A stretch of DNA of 64,000 nucleotides from Tubulanus polymorphus. Lineage: Eukaryota; Animalia; Nemertea. The first letter of the stretch is position 1. Every line of letters starts with the position of its first letter. The DNA is taken from positions 8,110,275 through 8,174,274 of the forward strand of contig NC_134032.1 in NCBI RefSeq assembly GCF_964204645.1, read 5' to 3'. Shown here one piece after another: positions 28,101 through 41,600 of the stretch. The notes beneath the pieces are model-generated. The model was not told the origin of the DNA. It was given only the letters and a program-made list of their open reading frames with translations, and searched no databases. Both the position numbers and the translations under genes were made by a program.

Positions 28101-29391
28101 GCCAAACCGCGTTGGATCGAGAAACCGGGTCGAGTCTCCGTGTACAGCGGGGACCGCGAGAATGTGACGTTGCGCTGCGCGGCGAGCGGTCAACCGGAAC
28201 CGTCAATACAATGGATAGTCGACGATCAAGTAATTCCAATTGGAGGTGAGTTCAATCTAATGAGGTCATTTTCAAAATTATCTGAAATTACAGGTAATTT
28301 CAACGGTTCAAAATCATCGCTACATTCATATATAGAATCAATCATACATGAGAGGCAAAATCCAAGATGGCGCTAAAACTTTCGAAAATTGAAGAAGGAT
28401 ATTCAAAAAGTGGACTTTGATTCAAAAATTTGATTTTTCTTTCAGAAGATTTCAAAATGATTTTATATTAAAAAATTGGATCTTTTTTCACCTGTACGCT
28501 TACTCCGTAGTTTCAACTGACCAGAATTTGAATATTTCAACCAATTAAGGTGGCTAAAAAGCACAATATCTTTTCCGTTTTACAGCTAACACCAAATATG
28601 TGAATAAAAACGACAATAAGTTAATTTTGCTCAACCCTCGGCCAACCGACCCCAAGCGGAAGTTCATTTCAGTCACGTGTCAGATCAAAAACCGATACGC
28701 GACGGAACGTAGCTACGGATTCGTGTTCGTCTGTAAGTAGTGATTTGTGATCTGATTGGTCCGCGTAAAGAACGTTTTACTCTGCAATAGTTGGACAAGG
28801 ATAGCGCCAAAGGGTTTCGCGGGGAATTAAAGGCTTCGTGACGAACCCTCTGACATCCCACACACCAGGCCGGATCTAAAATGTGATAATACATATGAAA
28901 TGCCGCAAATGGGGATCCCCAGGGTGTTAGAATTTTTTATGCTAAAATCTTAACGATGCTGTGTATTGACAGCCTGCGAGACGGCAGGGGTATGGGCGCC
29001 CACTAAATATACCCTCTATCACTCCTTTTCGGACACGACTTCGAGGCGTTCAAAATCTATTAGATAAGATTGAGAGTAGTTCAGTGAAATGTCCGATAGA
29101 AACATCGATACTTCCAGGGTTTAGGTCAAAACAATGATCTGAAAGGTTTCGAGTTATTTCTGTAGCGCAATTGTTAATTTCTAACTTTCTACTTTTATCT
29201 GAATTTCAGCACCGTTTCCGATCACCACGCCACCACCGGCCACCGTGAAAACTACCCCGAAACAGCGGGCTAAAGAAGACATCCCTAAATTAGGAGTAGT
29301 CGGTGCCTATTCCACGGCGAGCGGTCTACAATCTACCGTCGGCCTACTACTGATATCTACAGCTATGTTGACACTCGTAAACCTGTTTTAA
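19172..29391 (+). CDS. GPI-anchored four-Ig-domain protein of the L1/neuroglian/contactin family (hemolin-like architecture), 509 aa
   Basis: Exons 19172-19192, 19942-20005, 22567-22663, 23252-23484, 23849-24064, 24956-25090, 25683-25797, 26933-27108, 28102-28245, 28586-28732, 29210-29391; phases consistent, 1530 nt. Signal peptide. Ig motifs CQASGYPKP.ITWYKDG..FYCVAEN, C..W..GKLIIANV..YVC, CAFSGLP.P.VFWYKD..DEGSYHC, CAASGQPEPSIQW..TC. T/P-rich stalk and hydrophobic C-terminus without a cytoplasmic tail. Confidence 0.9.
20471..20737. repeat. Inverted element built from ~55-bp internal repeats
   Basis: Repeated TTCCGAGTT..AGTTAAAGGTGATTTTT units around the central hairpin GTTTATTCCGAGTT-ACA-AACTCGGAATAAAC. 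Confidence 0.55.
21240..21368. mobile_element. MITE of an abundant GGGCCAGTT..AACTGGCCC-ended family
   Basis: Related copies at ~22337-22450, ~34840-34945, ~41673-41806 and ~42675-42790 share TTAAGAC/GTCTTAA or TTAACTC cores and similar inverted ends. Confidence 0.5.
21739..22000 (+). mobile_element. L2/CR1-clade LINE ORF2 C-terminal remnant
   Basis: Frameshifted translation KCMNGFAP.YFKELV..Y..SRSLRS..SLGD resembles the L2 ORF2 tail. Confidence 0.45.
26383..26848. mobile_element. Foldback MITE with ~125-bp TIRs and internal TTTTGGCGC..GCCAAAA arrays (copy 1, intronic)
   Basis: TIR TATGGTGGCTGATAAGGGCCATAGCGTAAAATTCCTGGTATG. About 7 palindromic units. Flanked by an AGGAAG direct repeat (probable TSD). 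Confidence 0.9.
27686..27892. repeat. ~200-bp imperfect palindrome, possibly a Penelope-like element remnant
   Basis: Arms ATTTGACGTTTTGATCCAATTCT.. and ..AGAATCGGGTCGAAACGTCAAAT, centred on CATTTTCAAAAAC-T-GTTTTTGAAAATG. Confidence 0.5.
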
Positions 29392-29619
29392 GAATACTGA
29401 CCCACTGACCCATTTTCGCTATAATTCGTTTGAACCGTTGGAACGGACCCGTAGCCAGTGTTAGTTCCACTCTTGAATTGGTTTAATTTCACTCGGTATA
29501 TTTCTTGCGCCGCCATCTGCGAACTTGCCACGGTCAAGGACACCTCTCAAGAAAGGGGTTGCGCCGAGAATATCCAAATCAGGGTTATACATATCGCGAT
29601 AGGAAATGACCGTTGGTTT

Positions 29620-29830
29620 CAAATTTCACTCGGTCCCCAGTTTTACAGCGGAGTGGGCTTAATTTCACTCGGACACCAGTTCCAGTGGAGTGGGCTTAAT
29701 TTCTCTCGGACCCCAGTTATACAGTTGAGTGAGTTAAATTTCACTTTGAACCCAGCCGAGTGGGTTTAATTTGATCTTGGATTCAATCTGAGGATTCTCA
29801 TTAGTATATGTTTAGGACCCAGTTCCCTCC
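29620..29830. repeat. Degenerate ~35-40-bp tandem repeats downstream of the Ig gene stop
   Basis: TTAATTTCACTCGGACCCAGTT..GAGTGGG units. The reverse-complement family occurs at ~18490-18740 and ~43440-43830. Confidence 0.55.
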
Positions 29831-30384
29831 ATCGAGTGGTCGAAGTGTTGCATGCCAGGCTTACACGCCCTAAGATTTCAATAGGAATTTCAATGCCCCC
29901 TTTTTATATAAGGCAGAAAATTAACATCTTCAAACAATTACATTCTTTTTTTGTTGAAGTCCAATGTATCCAAGAATTGTATGCAACTCGTTAGGAAGAG
30001 AATTCTATAATGTTCTAACTTTCTTTAAAATGTGAAATTTTGTTACTTTTTACTCGAAATATTTGACGACATCCACTTTCTATAAGAAAGAAAAAATCAA
30101 AACTACAAACTGCCGAATACGACATTTTTTTTCTAGAAAATATCGCCATTTTATTCGCTGATGTTGAAAATCAATAGCCCGTTATACAATTAATTACAGT
30201 CATAATTAATCATTATTACACTTACAATCGATGAATAATTAATATACAATATTTTACATCGTTAAGAATTATGTACAATAAAAAAAAAACTAAAAATTTC
30301 TTGTCGATTGTAATGGCGTTTTTTAATTTTCCGATTTCGTTTTTGGAAACGAACAGCCGGAGGAACTGCGGAGACTTTAATAGC

Positions 30385-30691
30385 CGCGATCACAGGAGCG
30401 CTTTTGGCCCGGGACAACTGTTCACACGGGTGCCAAATGAGCCCGTGCCAACTTGGCCCGACCAAAAACGTCGGACCAGGCCAGAGACAAATTTCAGCAC
30501 GAGACAAATGATCGCGTTTGAATTGCTGAAACTGGCACCGGAAATGAGCCACTTCGCTTTGTTTGAGCATTGTTTAGTATCGAGTGAGTGGTTCGCGTGT
30601 GAGCACTCTCTCTAATTAGGCACGGGCCAAATTTGGCACGAGCTTGATCCGTGCCAATTTTTCCCGGCCCAAATCAACTCCGTGTGATCGC
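30385..30691. mobile_element. MITE-like inverted-repeat element with GGCACG/CGTGCC internal motifs
   Basis: GCGATCACAGGAG..TTTGGCCCGGGA at the left pairs with TCCCGGCCCAAAT..CTCCGTGTGATCGC at the right. Confidence 0.55.
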
Positions 30692-32349
30692 ACATCATTC
30701 AAACGAAACTATAGTAAAAGATGATTGAGATCGATATAAAATCATTGAGAGGAACGCATATTTTCGAAAATATCTTTCATAAGGCTAAAAAGTAATCGAT
30801 ACCTTGTTTCTCTTTCTGCTGGGCTCAAAAGTTGACCCGGTCGGCCGCCTATATACCCTGTACATTACTTTTTTTCAATCATGATCGAATTAACCATATA
30901 ACAGACCCGGTAACTATATAGAAATGAACCGATTACAAATTTTATTGCAGTTAACAAAATGACCGCTTTGGAGAAACGAGGTGTCATTTTTCTTAGCCAA
31001 ATTACCTGCATCGAAACCGGCATCCGGCTATACAGAACAGAGAACAAGTTCCGCAGTTGTGGGATAAATGTATCTTAACCGTTATAGGGTTTACCGTGGA
31101 CAGTAAGAATCTATGAACACAAGCATCCATGAACCGAAGGTTTACTATTTCACTGTCGCTATAGCCGCCGTTTTATTAGGGTACTCTTGTCCAGTATCGT
31201 TGTGTCATTTTTTCTCTATTTTAAAAACTATTTCTGACCCGTTCGGCAAAAACTGGCCACAGTTTTTTATTTTCTTTTTGATCTCGCTCTCGTTTCGGGT
31301 TGTGCGAATTAAAAAAAAAGAAGGAATGTGACATAACTGAAAATCAGAGATACACAGGGGTTAAGAATACTGTAATATTTACTGATGTTATTAATAGTTA
31401 CTGGCAACTGTCAACAAGGCGAAAGTACCATAACAAAATGGCGGCTTGCAACCGTAAAATGGTCTCTATTGAAAATGGACCGATTTTAAATTCCGAATCT
31501 GGGCCCGCTTCCGTGGGCTTTGGTTGAGTCTGACTCTAGAGTTGTGATCAGTTTACTTCCAAATTTCGTCCGGTCGTTTTTAATCTGTCTTTAATAGTGC
31601 AATTTTATGTCACAATACTTTTTTATTCACTCGATACAACGGACGATAGTGCCACCAATCGGACTTGCCCCGGGCAAGTGGCTCTCATTCCTTAGATCGG
31701 ACCCTGTTAAGTCTAAGCCATGACTTCGAAACCAGTTCTTTAGTTGTCGGTTAAGTCTGACTAGATAAAAAACACAATAATTCATCTGGAAATTTTATCG
31801 AAGTCGAAACCCTTAAGGGAACCAGTTCTAATTCCTGGTACTGACAACGAACTGATTTCGGCTCTCGGAGTCTAATCATTTATCGAAAGGACTCCATAGA
31901 TTATACTTAAAATTGCCTACGAGTCAAATGTCAATCAACTAGGGAAATTGGTCCGGAAAATGAACTAATTTTCACCCCATTGAGGCATTCGAACTGATCT
32001 CACTCTCAACTCCGGAGTCCGACTCTACAACTGTGGATCTGGCATTAGCTCTGTAAAACAGAACTTTGAGTAATCGCTGAATACTCCAAGGTAAAACCAG
32101 GCCGAAATGGAAACAATGTAGATTTATCACTTTAAAGTACAAGATCAAATAAATGCTTGATATGTATGTTTTAAATTAACGTCAAAATTTTTATCAGTTA
32201 TCAGTAATATTCGTTCGTTTGTTCAAGATTATCAAAATCGAGCAAAAAAGAGAAAGATTTAGCACCAAATTCGTCGAAAAATGTTCCAAAACAATCGATG
32301 ACGTTAAAATGAAAAAGAAAATCGATTGATTGCGAAACTGTATCTCTTA

Positions 32350-32499
32350 GGGATCATTCATTTATTACGTACGCATAAAATTAGAATTTTTCGACCCCCC
32401 TCTGTACGCAAAATCGGCCATTTTTCATATACATTAAGCATTACAGTAGGCAATTGCACTTACCCCTCCCCTAATGCGTACGTAATAACTAAACGACCC
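32350..32499. mobile_element. PIF/Harbinger-like MITE
   Basis: GGGATCATTCATTTATTACGTACGCA ... TGCGTACGTAATAACTAAACGACCC terminal inverted repeats. Confidence 0.6.
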
Positions 32500-35400
32500 A
32501 TCACCGAGCTGGATCGTTGAAAAAACTGATTTTTCCGATTTAACAATTTTTCTACACGGAATACATAAAAGAAAGAAGCACTGACTGCGATCGCCATCTG
32601 TTGAGGACCAGACTGACTAGATATGTCGATTCGATTTTAAAAAGAAAATAAAATTTTCATCAATGCAATTTTTCGAAGCGTTTTTTTTGCACACAAAAAA
32701 TATCCGAGAGCTAAAACATGGATATCAACACAATAGCCCGGACTTTTGAATTGTGGGCCCCCAGTGAAGCAACAATGTTTGAAAATCTAACGTGCATCCA
32801 CACTAATGCGCGACAATTCCAAGCACATTTTCCAAGTGCGTTTATGTACATTATAACCAAGTATATTTCAACACATTTCTAAGTTCATCCACTTGTATGC
32901 GTAGTAAAGTAGAATTTCATGCACATTTGAAAGTACGATTTTGTTTACCGGTGCCCCTTTTCGTTTAACCCTCAGAACAATGCGGTATATTTCCAAGAAC
33001 ATATTTTGCTTTTTTGAAAGCATTAAAGATTAAGTAAAACCCTCCATAACAAACACCTCTCGACGACAAACGCTTTTCCTTTTCGAGTAATATGCAATGA
33101 ATACCTCATTACTGGGAAAAGTGACACCAAAGGAATATTTTTTTAACTTCACCGACTAACACAATGCACGCACAAGCATGTCTGGACAGGCGAAAGTTGT
33201 TAAATGATATGTTGTTATTGCGATAGTGTTCATTATCGATCAGTCTACTAACAATGTACACTATTCATGGTTTATTACTGGGTAATTGTACTGAATGGTT
33301 GCGCATGGTACCAACAATTCCTACTTAATCAGGAGGGAAATTGAGAAATAAATGACTTGCGTGATCCCAAGGTGGCATGATGGCGAAAGTTCATAACGCT
33401 TCCTTGCGCACATTTTGCCCGAAACCATAGGTGTTTGTTGTGGACGTTTTTACTGTGTATGTCTAGTACATTTCTATGTACATTCTCCACTCATTTCAAA
33501 CACATTTCTATGTACCGTTTCATTACGTACATATGACTCATTTAGTAATTTGTACATTTTTTTCAGTTAGATAATAATGTAATATTTGTACATATCAAGA
33601 AGTTTAAATGTACACCATGAAAAAAATAATAATAACAATAACCGAAGTACATAATATGTACCGCATCATTGTACACCGGAAAACGTACATCGCGCCTTCA
33701 TTTGATCATTACAACGAATACAAATATCCTATGATAAAAACTGTACATCATACGTATAACTGCACGTGTGCACATAAACTTTCACGTTTAACGTCCCAGA
33801 GCTTGAAAAAGCTGCGATATGTTTGAAAAGACTGACAAAGCATCCAGACACCTCGAGAAACGTCGAAATACGCAACGATATATCGAGGTATTTGAGAGCG
33901 ATATATCGAGGCACGTTAACGATGAACTTCACCGATACAACATTGGTATCGAGATTGATCGATTGGTTGATTTAGACATGAAAATACATCAAAAGTATCG
34001 CGATAATCAGTGATTTATCTCAATATAGCGATGTAGTCCTATATCAATGATATATCAGGGCACCATTAAATAACATGTGATACTACAATGTAACCATTGA
34101 TTTAACTCGATATATTCGAGGGCGGATCTGGGAGCCTAAGGGGTCCGGGCCCACCCTATATTTTTGCCGCGTTTACGTTTTCACAACCCGACTAACCATA
34201 GTTACTCATTAAGTGGCAAATGATTACCGGCCACGTTGTTCTAGAATCACCTTGGGCCAAATTCGGTTTTTGTATCTAGTTGACTAGAGGTCTGAACTTA
34301 TAACCCAATGCGCTTAATTTCTGAACTATTTCCGAAATATACTTCCGAGACTAACGGACATTCGGTTTCGCTTAGTTCGACTATAGTCGACTAACTCCCA
34401 TAACCGAAGTTGGCCCTAGATGCTCAGAAAATCGTCCATTCTTTCATCCAACCGCCCGAACCAACTGGTGAAAGTTTCACCATCTCTCAGGAAAAATCAG
34501 AACATAGAATTAAACGGTGCGCAATGACTAGTCTTATACAATACTCATTGATGAGCCGAGTTCGTCCTACGCGCATCAAATGGCAATTGATTGTCAATTC
34601 GACGAGCCCACCTCAATACACCCAGTGAAAAGGTGATCTCCGATTCTATGAAGGAGACATCTATCATAAAACGATTAAATGCTAGCTTTTAGTAAACGCA
34701 AAGATTTTCAGGGGTTGATTTAAAAATCACATTCTACGCACGATTTCGACAACGACATTTCCATCTACGAATGACACTTAAGATCAAAAAATAAATTCGG
34801 GTGATTTCGTTCGCAGATAAAAACACCTTGAGCATCAGCGTCCAGTTCCAGTTCAGAGTTAAGATTTGACTCTGAATTAACTCATTGAAAATAAATTGAT
34901 TGTAACTCGAGAGTTAACTCGTAACTCACAACCGTGAAACTGGGTTGGGGAGGATTCTAAATCAGATACGTGTAGGGCTTATACAGAATTTGACTGGGTA
35001 GGGTGATTTCCCTAAGGCGACACAGATAACTTCAGATGACCTAGACCCAGTTGCGTGCGAGTTAGTCCTGATTTTGATTTTCACTTTTAACTTTCAATTT
35101 TCAAAATTTATCCTTACAAAACTGAAGAAAATGGTTTAAATTTCGAGATAAACCGCCTCATCAATTCTTTCAAAATTTAAGAAGCCATCTTCGAAAGGGT
35201 CGAGACTGACCTCCCTATTCGATGAGTCGATTAAGCTGTCACCCGAGAGGCCATCGTCGCAAAAGACAAGAATACGATCAAAATTTCAGGATAAACTGCC
35301 TGCTTTATAGTTGAGGTCGACATCTCTGACGAGTCTATAAAGCTGTCACCGCGAGCTCGTCCTCGCGAACTGTAAGAATCGAATATCGGAATGAGCTTTT

Positions 35401-35614
35401 CTTACGTTAAAATCAAGCGCTCATTTCGTAATTCTATAAAGAAGCTAACGGGAGGCGGACACAAAAACTGTCGGAATAAATCACGATTAATGTCGACCTC
35501 GCATTTCATCGAGTCCATAAATAAGTAACCGGGAGGCAGTCAAATAACTCAGAAGGAATCGATCACGATTTTGCGGGCGACAGTCGATGAGGCTTTCCTC
35601 GCGTTTCGTCGAGT

Positions 35615-38600
35615 CTATAAAGAAGTAACCGGGAGGCCGTCCTCGCCAATCGTGGAAATCGGTTCGTACATGCCGCTTTCGTTCGCCGCCGCCGCCGACA
35701 AAGAAGACGACGACGGCTCCTGATCGTCGACTTTCTCGTAGACGTGCTCGCGTCGCACCCAGAAGTTCTTCGGAAGTTGATGATTGCTGATATGAAACAT
35801 CGGGTCGTTTTGTCCTTTCGGTATTTTCGTTTTGCGGATGATTTTCCCGTCGAGCGACGGTAGATTGATGACGACGGGCGGCGGCGTCTGCGCGGCGGCC
35901 GCCTGTTGCTGCTGCTGCGCCGCCGCGCCGGCTAACTCCGTCTGCACTTCACGCAGCGTCGCGTAGTCGCCGGCGTCGAATTGCGACGACTCGCCGCACG
36001 TCGCGGCCGTCGTCACCGGCATGGACAACGACGACGCGTCGGCCAGTTTATGATACGGTCCGTCGATTGAACTGGTCTCCGACGATTCCATGACGTCGAA
36101 TTCGCGGAATTCGGCGTCCGACGATAAAACGCCGTCGCTGTCGGCGCCCGCTTCGGCGCTCACGCGATTACTGAACCGATTGTTATTACACGCCGCAGCC
36201 GTAGACGACGTCGACGATGACATAGTTTTAGGACGCGCGCCGCCGGTGTTCGATTTCTTAAAAACGACCGGCACCGAACTGACCACCGGGAAGAACGTCG
36301 CCAGGTCGACGTCGCGACATTTTTCCGGATCGTCGCAGGGCGGCGGCGGCGACGGGCACGACGCGTACGACGTCAGTTTCTCGTAACTGTGACTAAGTCT
36401 CCGGTTCAAGTTGGATCGTTCGCCTGGCGCACGCCCCGATTGCTGATTGTCGTTTTTCGTCGCCGCCGATTTCTTCTTGTTCACATCGATTTGAGCATAA
36501 ATTGGAAGCTCGGTGGCTCCGCCTACTTCGTTTCCGTCGGCGTCGTCGTCCGCCGCTATTCGACGCAGTAAATGTTCCATGTCGCCGTGGATCGTGTGGC
36601 GTTTCGAGCGTTTGTCGTTCGTCAGGTGCGCGGCGAAATTCGTCGAACGCATCGTCACCGGCGTCGTCGCATTGTCCGCATCTAGAATCGACAAAACAAA
36701 TATTAGGATAACTACAACACTGTAATTGATGGTTTGGCCTGTAAAAAAAAAACATGCGTGACTGTCAACATCTGAAAAGCACTATCAGTAACAAGTTGAA
36801 TATTTTTCTACTCACTCACTCAGTTATTAATTATCATGTCACTCATCTTTTATTTGTAATTACTCTTCTCAGTTCTCTGTAATTAGTGTCAGCCCACCTG
36901 TAAATACTGTTGTTTTTCTATTGACTATACTCATTCACCTGATGGAGCTTCTATTGATTAGAAGCGTAAGCTCGTGCGTCAAATAAATAGTTAAACTATA
37001 CAGTACTACTCGTTACTCATTTCAAACCTGGTTAACACGGCTACTCTACGAATATTTTTCAGGAACATCTCATCGAAATAAGAAAGCAAGAGTCCCAATT
37101 AATCAGTAATCAACGGTTAGAACTTCAGTGACATCTTTCATATTTCTGTATATACATCAAAGAAATCGAATCAGTATTTCTCGAGACAAAAGGCGGCTCT
37201 AATGATCTGAGGCATTTTAAAACATAAAACACCGCAGATGTTCATGATCGTTCATTTTTCTTCCCACCAAGTAAATTTACTTTTATTTCGCATCTCATTG
37301 TCAAACAAGCCATCGTAGGATCGAATGTTTTATTCAGGATCAATTTTTCTATGATTTTCAATGATGAATTTCGTCAAAACCCCAAATCGCTTAACTCGAT
37401 TTTTTTCCGGTCGCAATGAATTCGAGTTGATCGGAGTCTACTCTAGTAAAATATTTACTTCTCAGATCTCGGATCTTTACGAAACTCCGCTCATCAATAT
37501 TGGTGTTTTAAAATAACCATTACAACAATTAAGAAGAAAAATTCTCAAACAAATCTTACCTGCGTAAGCGAGGTCTTGTAGTTGTACCATACCAGCGTGT
37601 AGCGCCCCGGCCCTTACTTCATCAATATCACTGTACAGGGCAGCACTAGCATCACGAGGTGTACCGCCACCTAGTGAGCAGAAAAGAACAAGAAACGAAA
37701 TTCTTAATATGGACTTTCCTAAATTCTACATGATGGTGTATGTTTAATCCAGTATCAAAATTAAATGTAAGTGAATAGAGTTCAAGCATTTAAAATTCAT
37801 GAAGATAGGCCATTATAGATCATTATAGGCCTACTCCTTATTTTAACGATTTAGAATATGCACGCTTGCCATTAGCGTTTACCACGGCCGCGCGCAGTTG
37901 AATCATTAACAGTTTCCAGGAAAACTTTAACTAGGCCACACGCAAGGCGTGCTTTTCATATACTGGAACGTAGCTAGCAGTAGTGAATAGATCAATACAC
38001 CACATAGCAGCTAGTCTATGTGAGCGTGTGTGCAGCATGAATATACTTAACGGCGCACGTGTCCTTTCGAAACGTAATGTGGTTTCAACGACAAATAAAT
38101 AACTTAATTGATAAATAAGCAACGCAATCCAATGAAATTCAATAGGGTCAGAGATTTTATTACTGCATTGAATGTTTTGAAAGTTCCGAAGAGAAACTTA
38201 GCCTCGTTCGCAAGTTATTTCGTACCAAAGGAAGAAAGTGTCCGTCATATGCGATAGCAAAAATAGACTTAGCTGTAGCAAAATTCCATAAAAAGAAGAA
38301 AATGAACGATCGACCATCAGCCAAACAAGTTCAATGTCAAATTTTTCGAGATCTGAGATTGGAAAGGTACGGAAGTGCCCTGGGGACATCATGAACGAGA
38401 ACTTTGATTTCATATCGAGGACTAAAAACCGCATCATAATTAAGTCAGAAACAAACAGAAAAGTCTTTTTTCAGCTTTACATCTCCGTTCATCGGGATCA
38501 AACCGCAATCCTTACCAGCCACTGAGGTAATTATCGGTGAGTTTGAGGTTTCTTATCGAGGAGAGAAGCCAGAACTTCTACTACAAGAAACTGGTTATAC

Positions 38601-41600
38601 CTATCTCGAAAAGCTGACTCGACATGTGGAACGAAAAATAGAATATGATTGGCTTACCCGTTGATCCATAGTTGATTTCCGCGTAGTAATCGCTTCCCGA
38701 GTTATTACTAGCGTTGTCCATGGGCCGATAGATGGCGCCCCCGATTTGTTCGCTGGTCGCTCTCTGAAAAGAAATGACACGAGCAAAAATAACAGTGGGG
38801 AGAAGGATGACTGAGGGAGTGAACTTTTCATTGAAATATCAAAGGGGCTCATTCAAAAAGATTAATAATCCATGAAGGGAGCATCTAGTCCGTCAAATGC
38901 CCGGTTTTTTCAGACAACATCAGCGTTTTCTCTTGGAGCCAGCGACTAGATCAGGGACCTATTGAGAATAACATCATAATTCGGATACCAAGCGTCTACC
39001 CACAGCCACAACATTAAGGCATAGCTCAAAATGTCATCGGATAATCTCGGGAGTGCCACGTTCAAAACGACATCCGATATTCTTCGAACAACTAACCGTT
39101 TTAGCACTAGCCGACGCACCGCCAGGTGGCGGTAGCGGTGGTGGTAACGGCGGAGGTCTCGTGTTGCTGTCGATCGGTTCGTACATGCCGTCGTCCTCGT
39201 ACATGGCCGGCAGTAGAGGGGGCGGAGCTACCGATGATGACTGACGCTCTCGAATGCTGGCTAGCGACTCGCGAGCGGTCACCTGACTGTAACGCGGGTC
39301 CAACTGGTCAGCTGAAATTTAGAGGAGAAAAAATATCAATCAGACGGTAAGAACATTAGAGAAGGGCACTAGGAAGCAAGGAGATGAATAGGTATTTTTT
39401 TCTAAAATTGATAAACGATTTCACATGAATTTTGCCTGAAAACTCAATACTTTTTAAAAGATGTTCATGAAAAATGATTGCTGGTTGCGGCAGCATTTTA
39501 TCAAGAGCATCTACTAGCGTATAGACGGTTCTGAACCCAGTTTGCCAGTCGTGAGTTGAATTCGACTATCGAGTCAAGGTTCTTACAAATCAGGGAATCC
39601 ATTGATATATTTGTATTTCCCTAATCCTTGACCAAAAATTCCCCCATTAGATCATAGGATTACCCGCATTTCGTCTGATGAGGTTGCTTGTGCCACTCTC
39701 ATCACAGCAAGAACAAGGCACCAAAAATTCCCCCACTTTTCCCTGATTGTTGAGAAAAGCGTAGGAATTTCTGAACTTTCCCAGCGAGGGAAAATAAACT
39801 AGGAATTCCCTGGTTTTGTCTGATTCCTCCTGATCAGGCCCTAATTGAAGAGAAAGTTGTTAAAACTGCGAATCTGATTCTGCCATGTCTGGGGTTAGGG
39901 TTCTGTAAATTTTATGCAAAGACCTCGTCTACGAAATTGAGCGCGATATCCCGAAAAAGCGCCACCTACCGTCCATGAAAACCGCTCCGTTAGTGAGAAC
40001 AGTCGGCGGGAAACCGACCGTGCCGACGTTACCCGTCGAATTCACCGGCCCGGCCTCGTCCGGGTTGTAGTTACGCTGCGGTATCGGCGGCGCGACGGCC
40101 GCGTCTAAACTCGCGTAGCTGCTGTCCTCGTTGAATTGTTCGTCGACGTCGCTGCCGCCGATGAGCGTCTGCTCGGTTCGCGTCAACGAGGACAGGCGGT
40201 GCTTCGGCTTTGTGTCGACGTCGCGTTCGTCGGCATCGACCGACGAGGAGTCGTCCGACACCTCTGAATACAGCGCCTCGGTGCTCGCGTCGTCGATGTT
40301 TGAGTACTGGCGCGAATAGCCGACCGGCGGTGGCAAAGCGGGCGGTGGAGGCGGCGGCGGGCTGAAATGTCGCTCGGAATTCGGCGAAAAGTCCGATTTT
40401 CGTTCGTCCGGCCAGTTTTTGTTGATGCACTGTTTCAAATTGATCAGGTCGTCGGCGTTCTCGTAGCGTAGTTCGCGTTGTTGCGAACAGGTGTCGCCGC
40501 CGCCCGCGCTGTCGCCGCCATTGCTCGATTTCTCCGATTTATCCTTGACGACCGCGTACAGATTCTCGTCGGTCGAGCCGGTGCGCTGCGACTCGTCGAC
40601 CATCATCATCTCATCAGCGATATCGACTTCAGTGTTCAATTTCTGCAAATTTGAAAAAGCGTATAAACGATAAGACGTCATGGGTTCGATTATTTAGGAT
40701 ATTCTTCTAAACAATCTATCAGTACATTGCAAAATGGATACAAAAACGATGGTTTACTCAGACGGCACAGTTTCACTGGTTGAAGTTCGACCAATTAGAG
40801 GTACGTGGTGAAACGAAATATTCAAAAATTTTTTATCCCAGACGAAAAAAATGCCTTAAGCCATCTTTTCCAGGAGTAAACAAACGCGAGTAACGGGGGG
40901 GGGGGGGATTCATGGAGGCAGCCACGTTTTTGGAAGGTCTATACACATAAGTTGACGATATCATCGCATGATTTATAGAAGCAGCCATTGTTTCTCTGGA
41001 AGTATCTATCAGTAATTTGATAGTCATTGGGGGGATATATGGCTGCAGTCAACTTTTGAGGTTCAGTCTACACGGGTAGGCCTATTTTGAAGACATCGTT
41101 TGGAGCTACGTGGAAGCAGTGTCATCTTTTCTCTTCTAGTGTCTATAGGGGATAATGTGATGAGAAGACTGAACTGACCTGATAGAGCAATTCCTGAGAC
41201 GACACGTTTTCACACTTTTTACACGAACCGTTCCGCTCTCGACTCAGAGTGCGCTTTTTACGCGGCGACTCCACGCCGACGGCCGCCCCATTGTTGCCAG
41301 CGGCGCCGTGGTTGAACGGACTATCGTTGCTGTGGTTACCGAGACGCTCATTGGGTATTATAGCGTATAGAGCGTCGGACTCGCACGTGGCGTTAGCAAC
41401 AGAAGACGGCGGGTCGGGCAGACGCCGGTCAAGATTACTGCCAGTCGACGTGTTCCTGAAATTTGGAAATAACTTTTCTTCTGAAAATTTATTATCAGAT
41501 TTTACTGCGTCCATATCATATATAGCCCTAGTTTGACTAGTAGACTGAAATTAATAGTATTTCAGTTAATTTTGGAATTACTTCAGACTTAAGGATGGAT

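Noticed and set aside
36090-41536. Plus-strand and alternate-frame ORFs overlapping the adaptor exons
   Set aside because: Shadow ORFs of GC-rich coding exons; no independent motifs.
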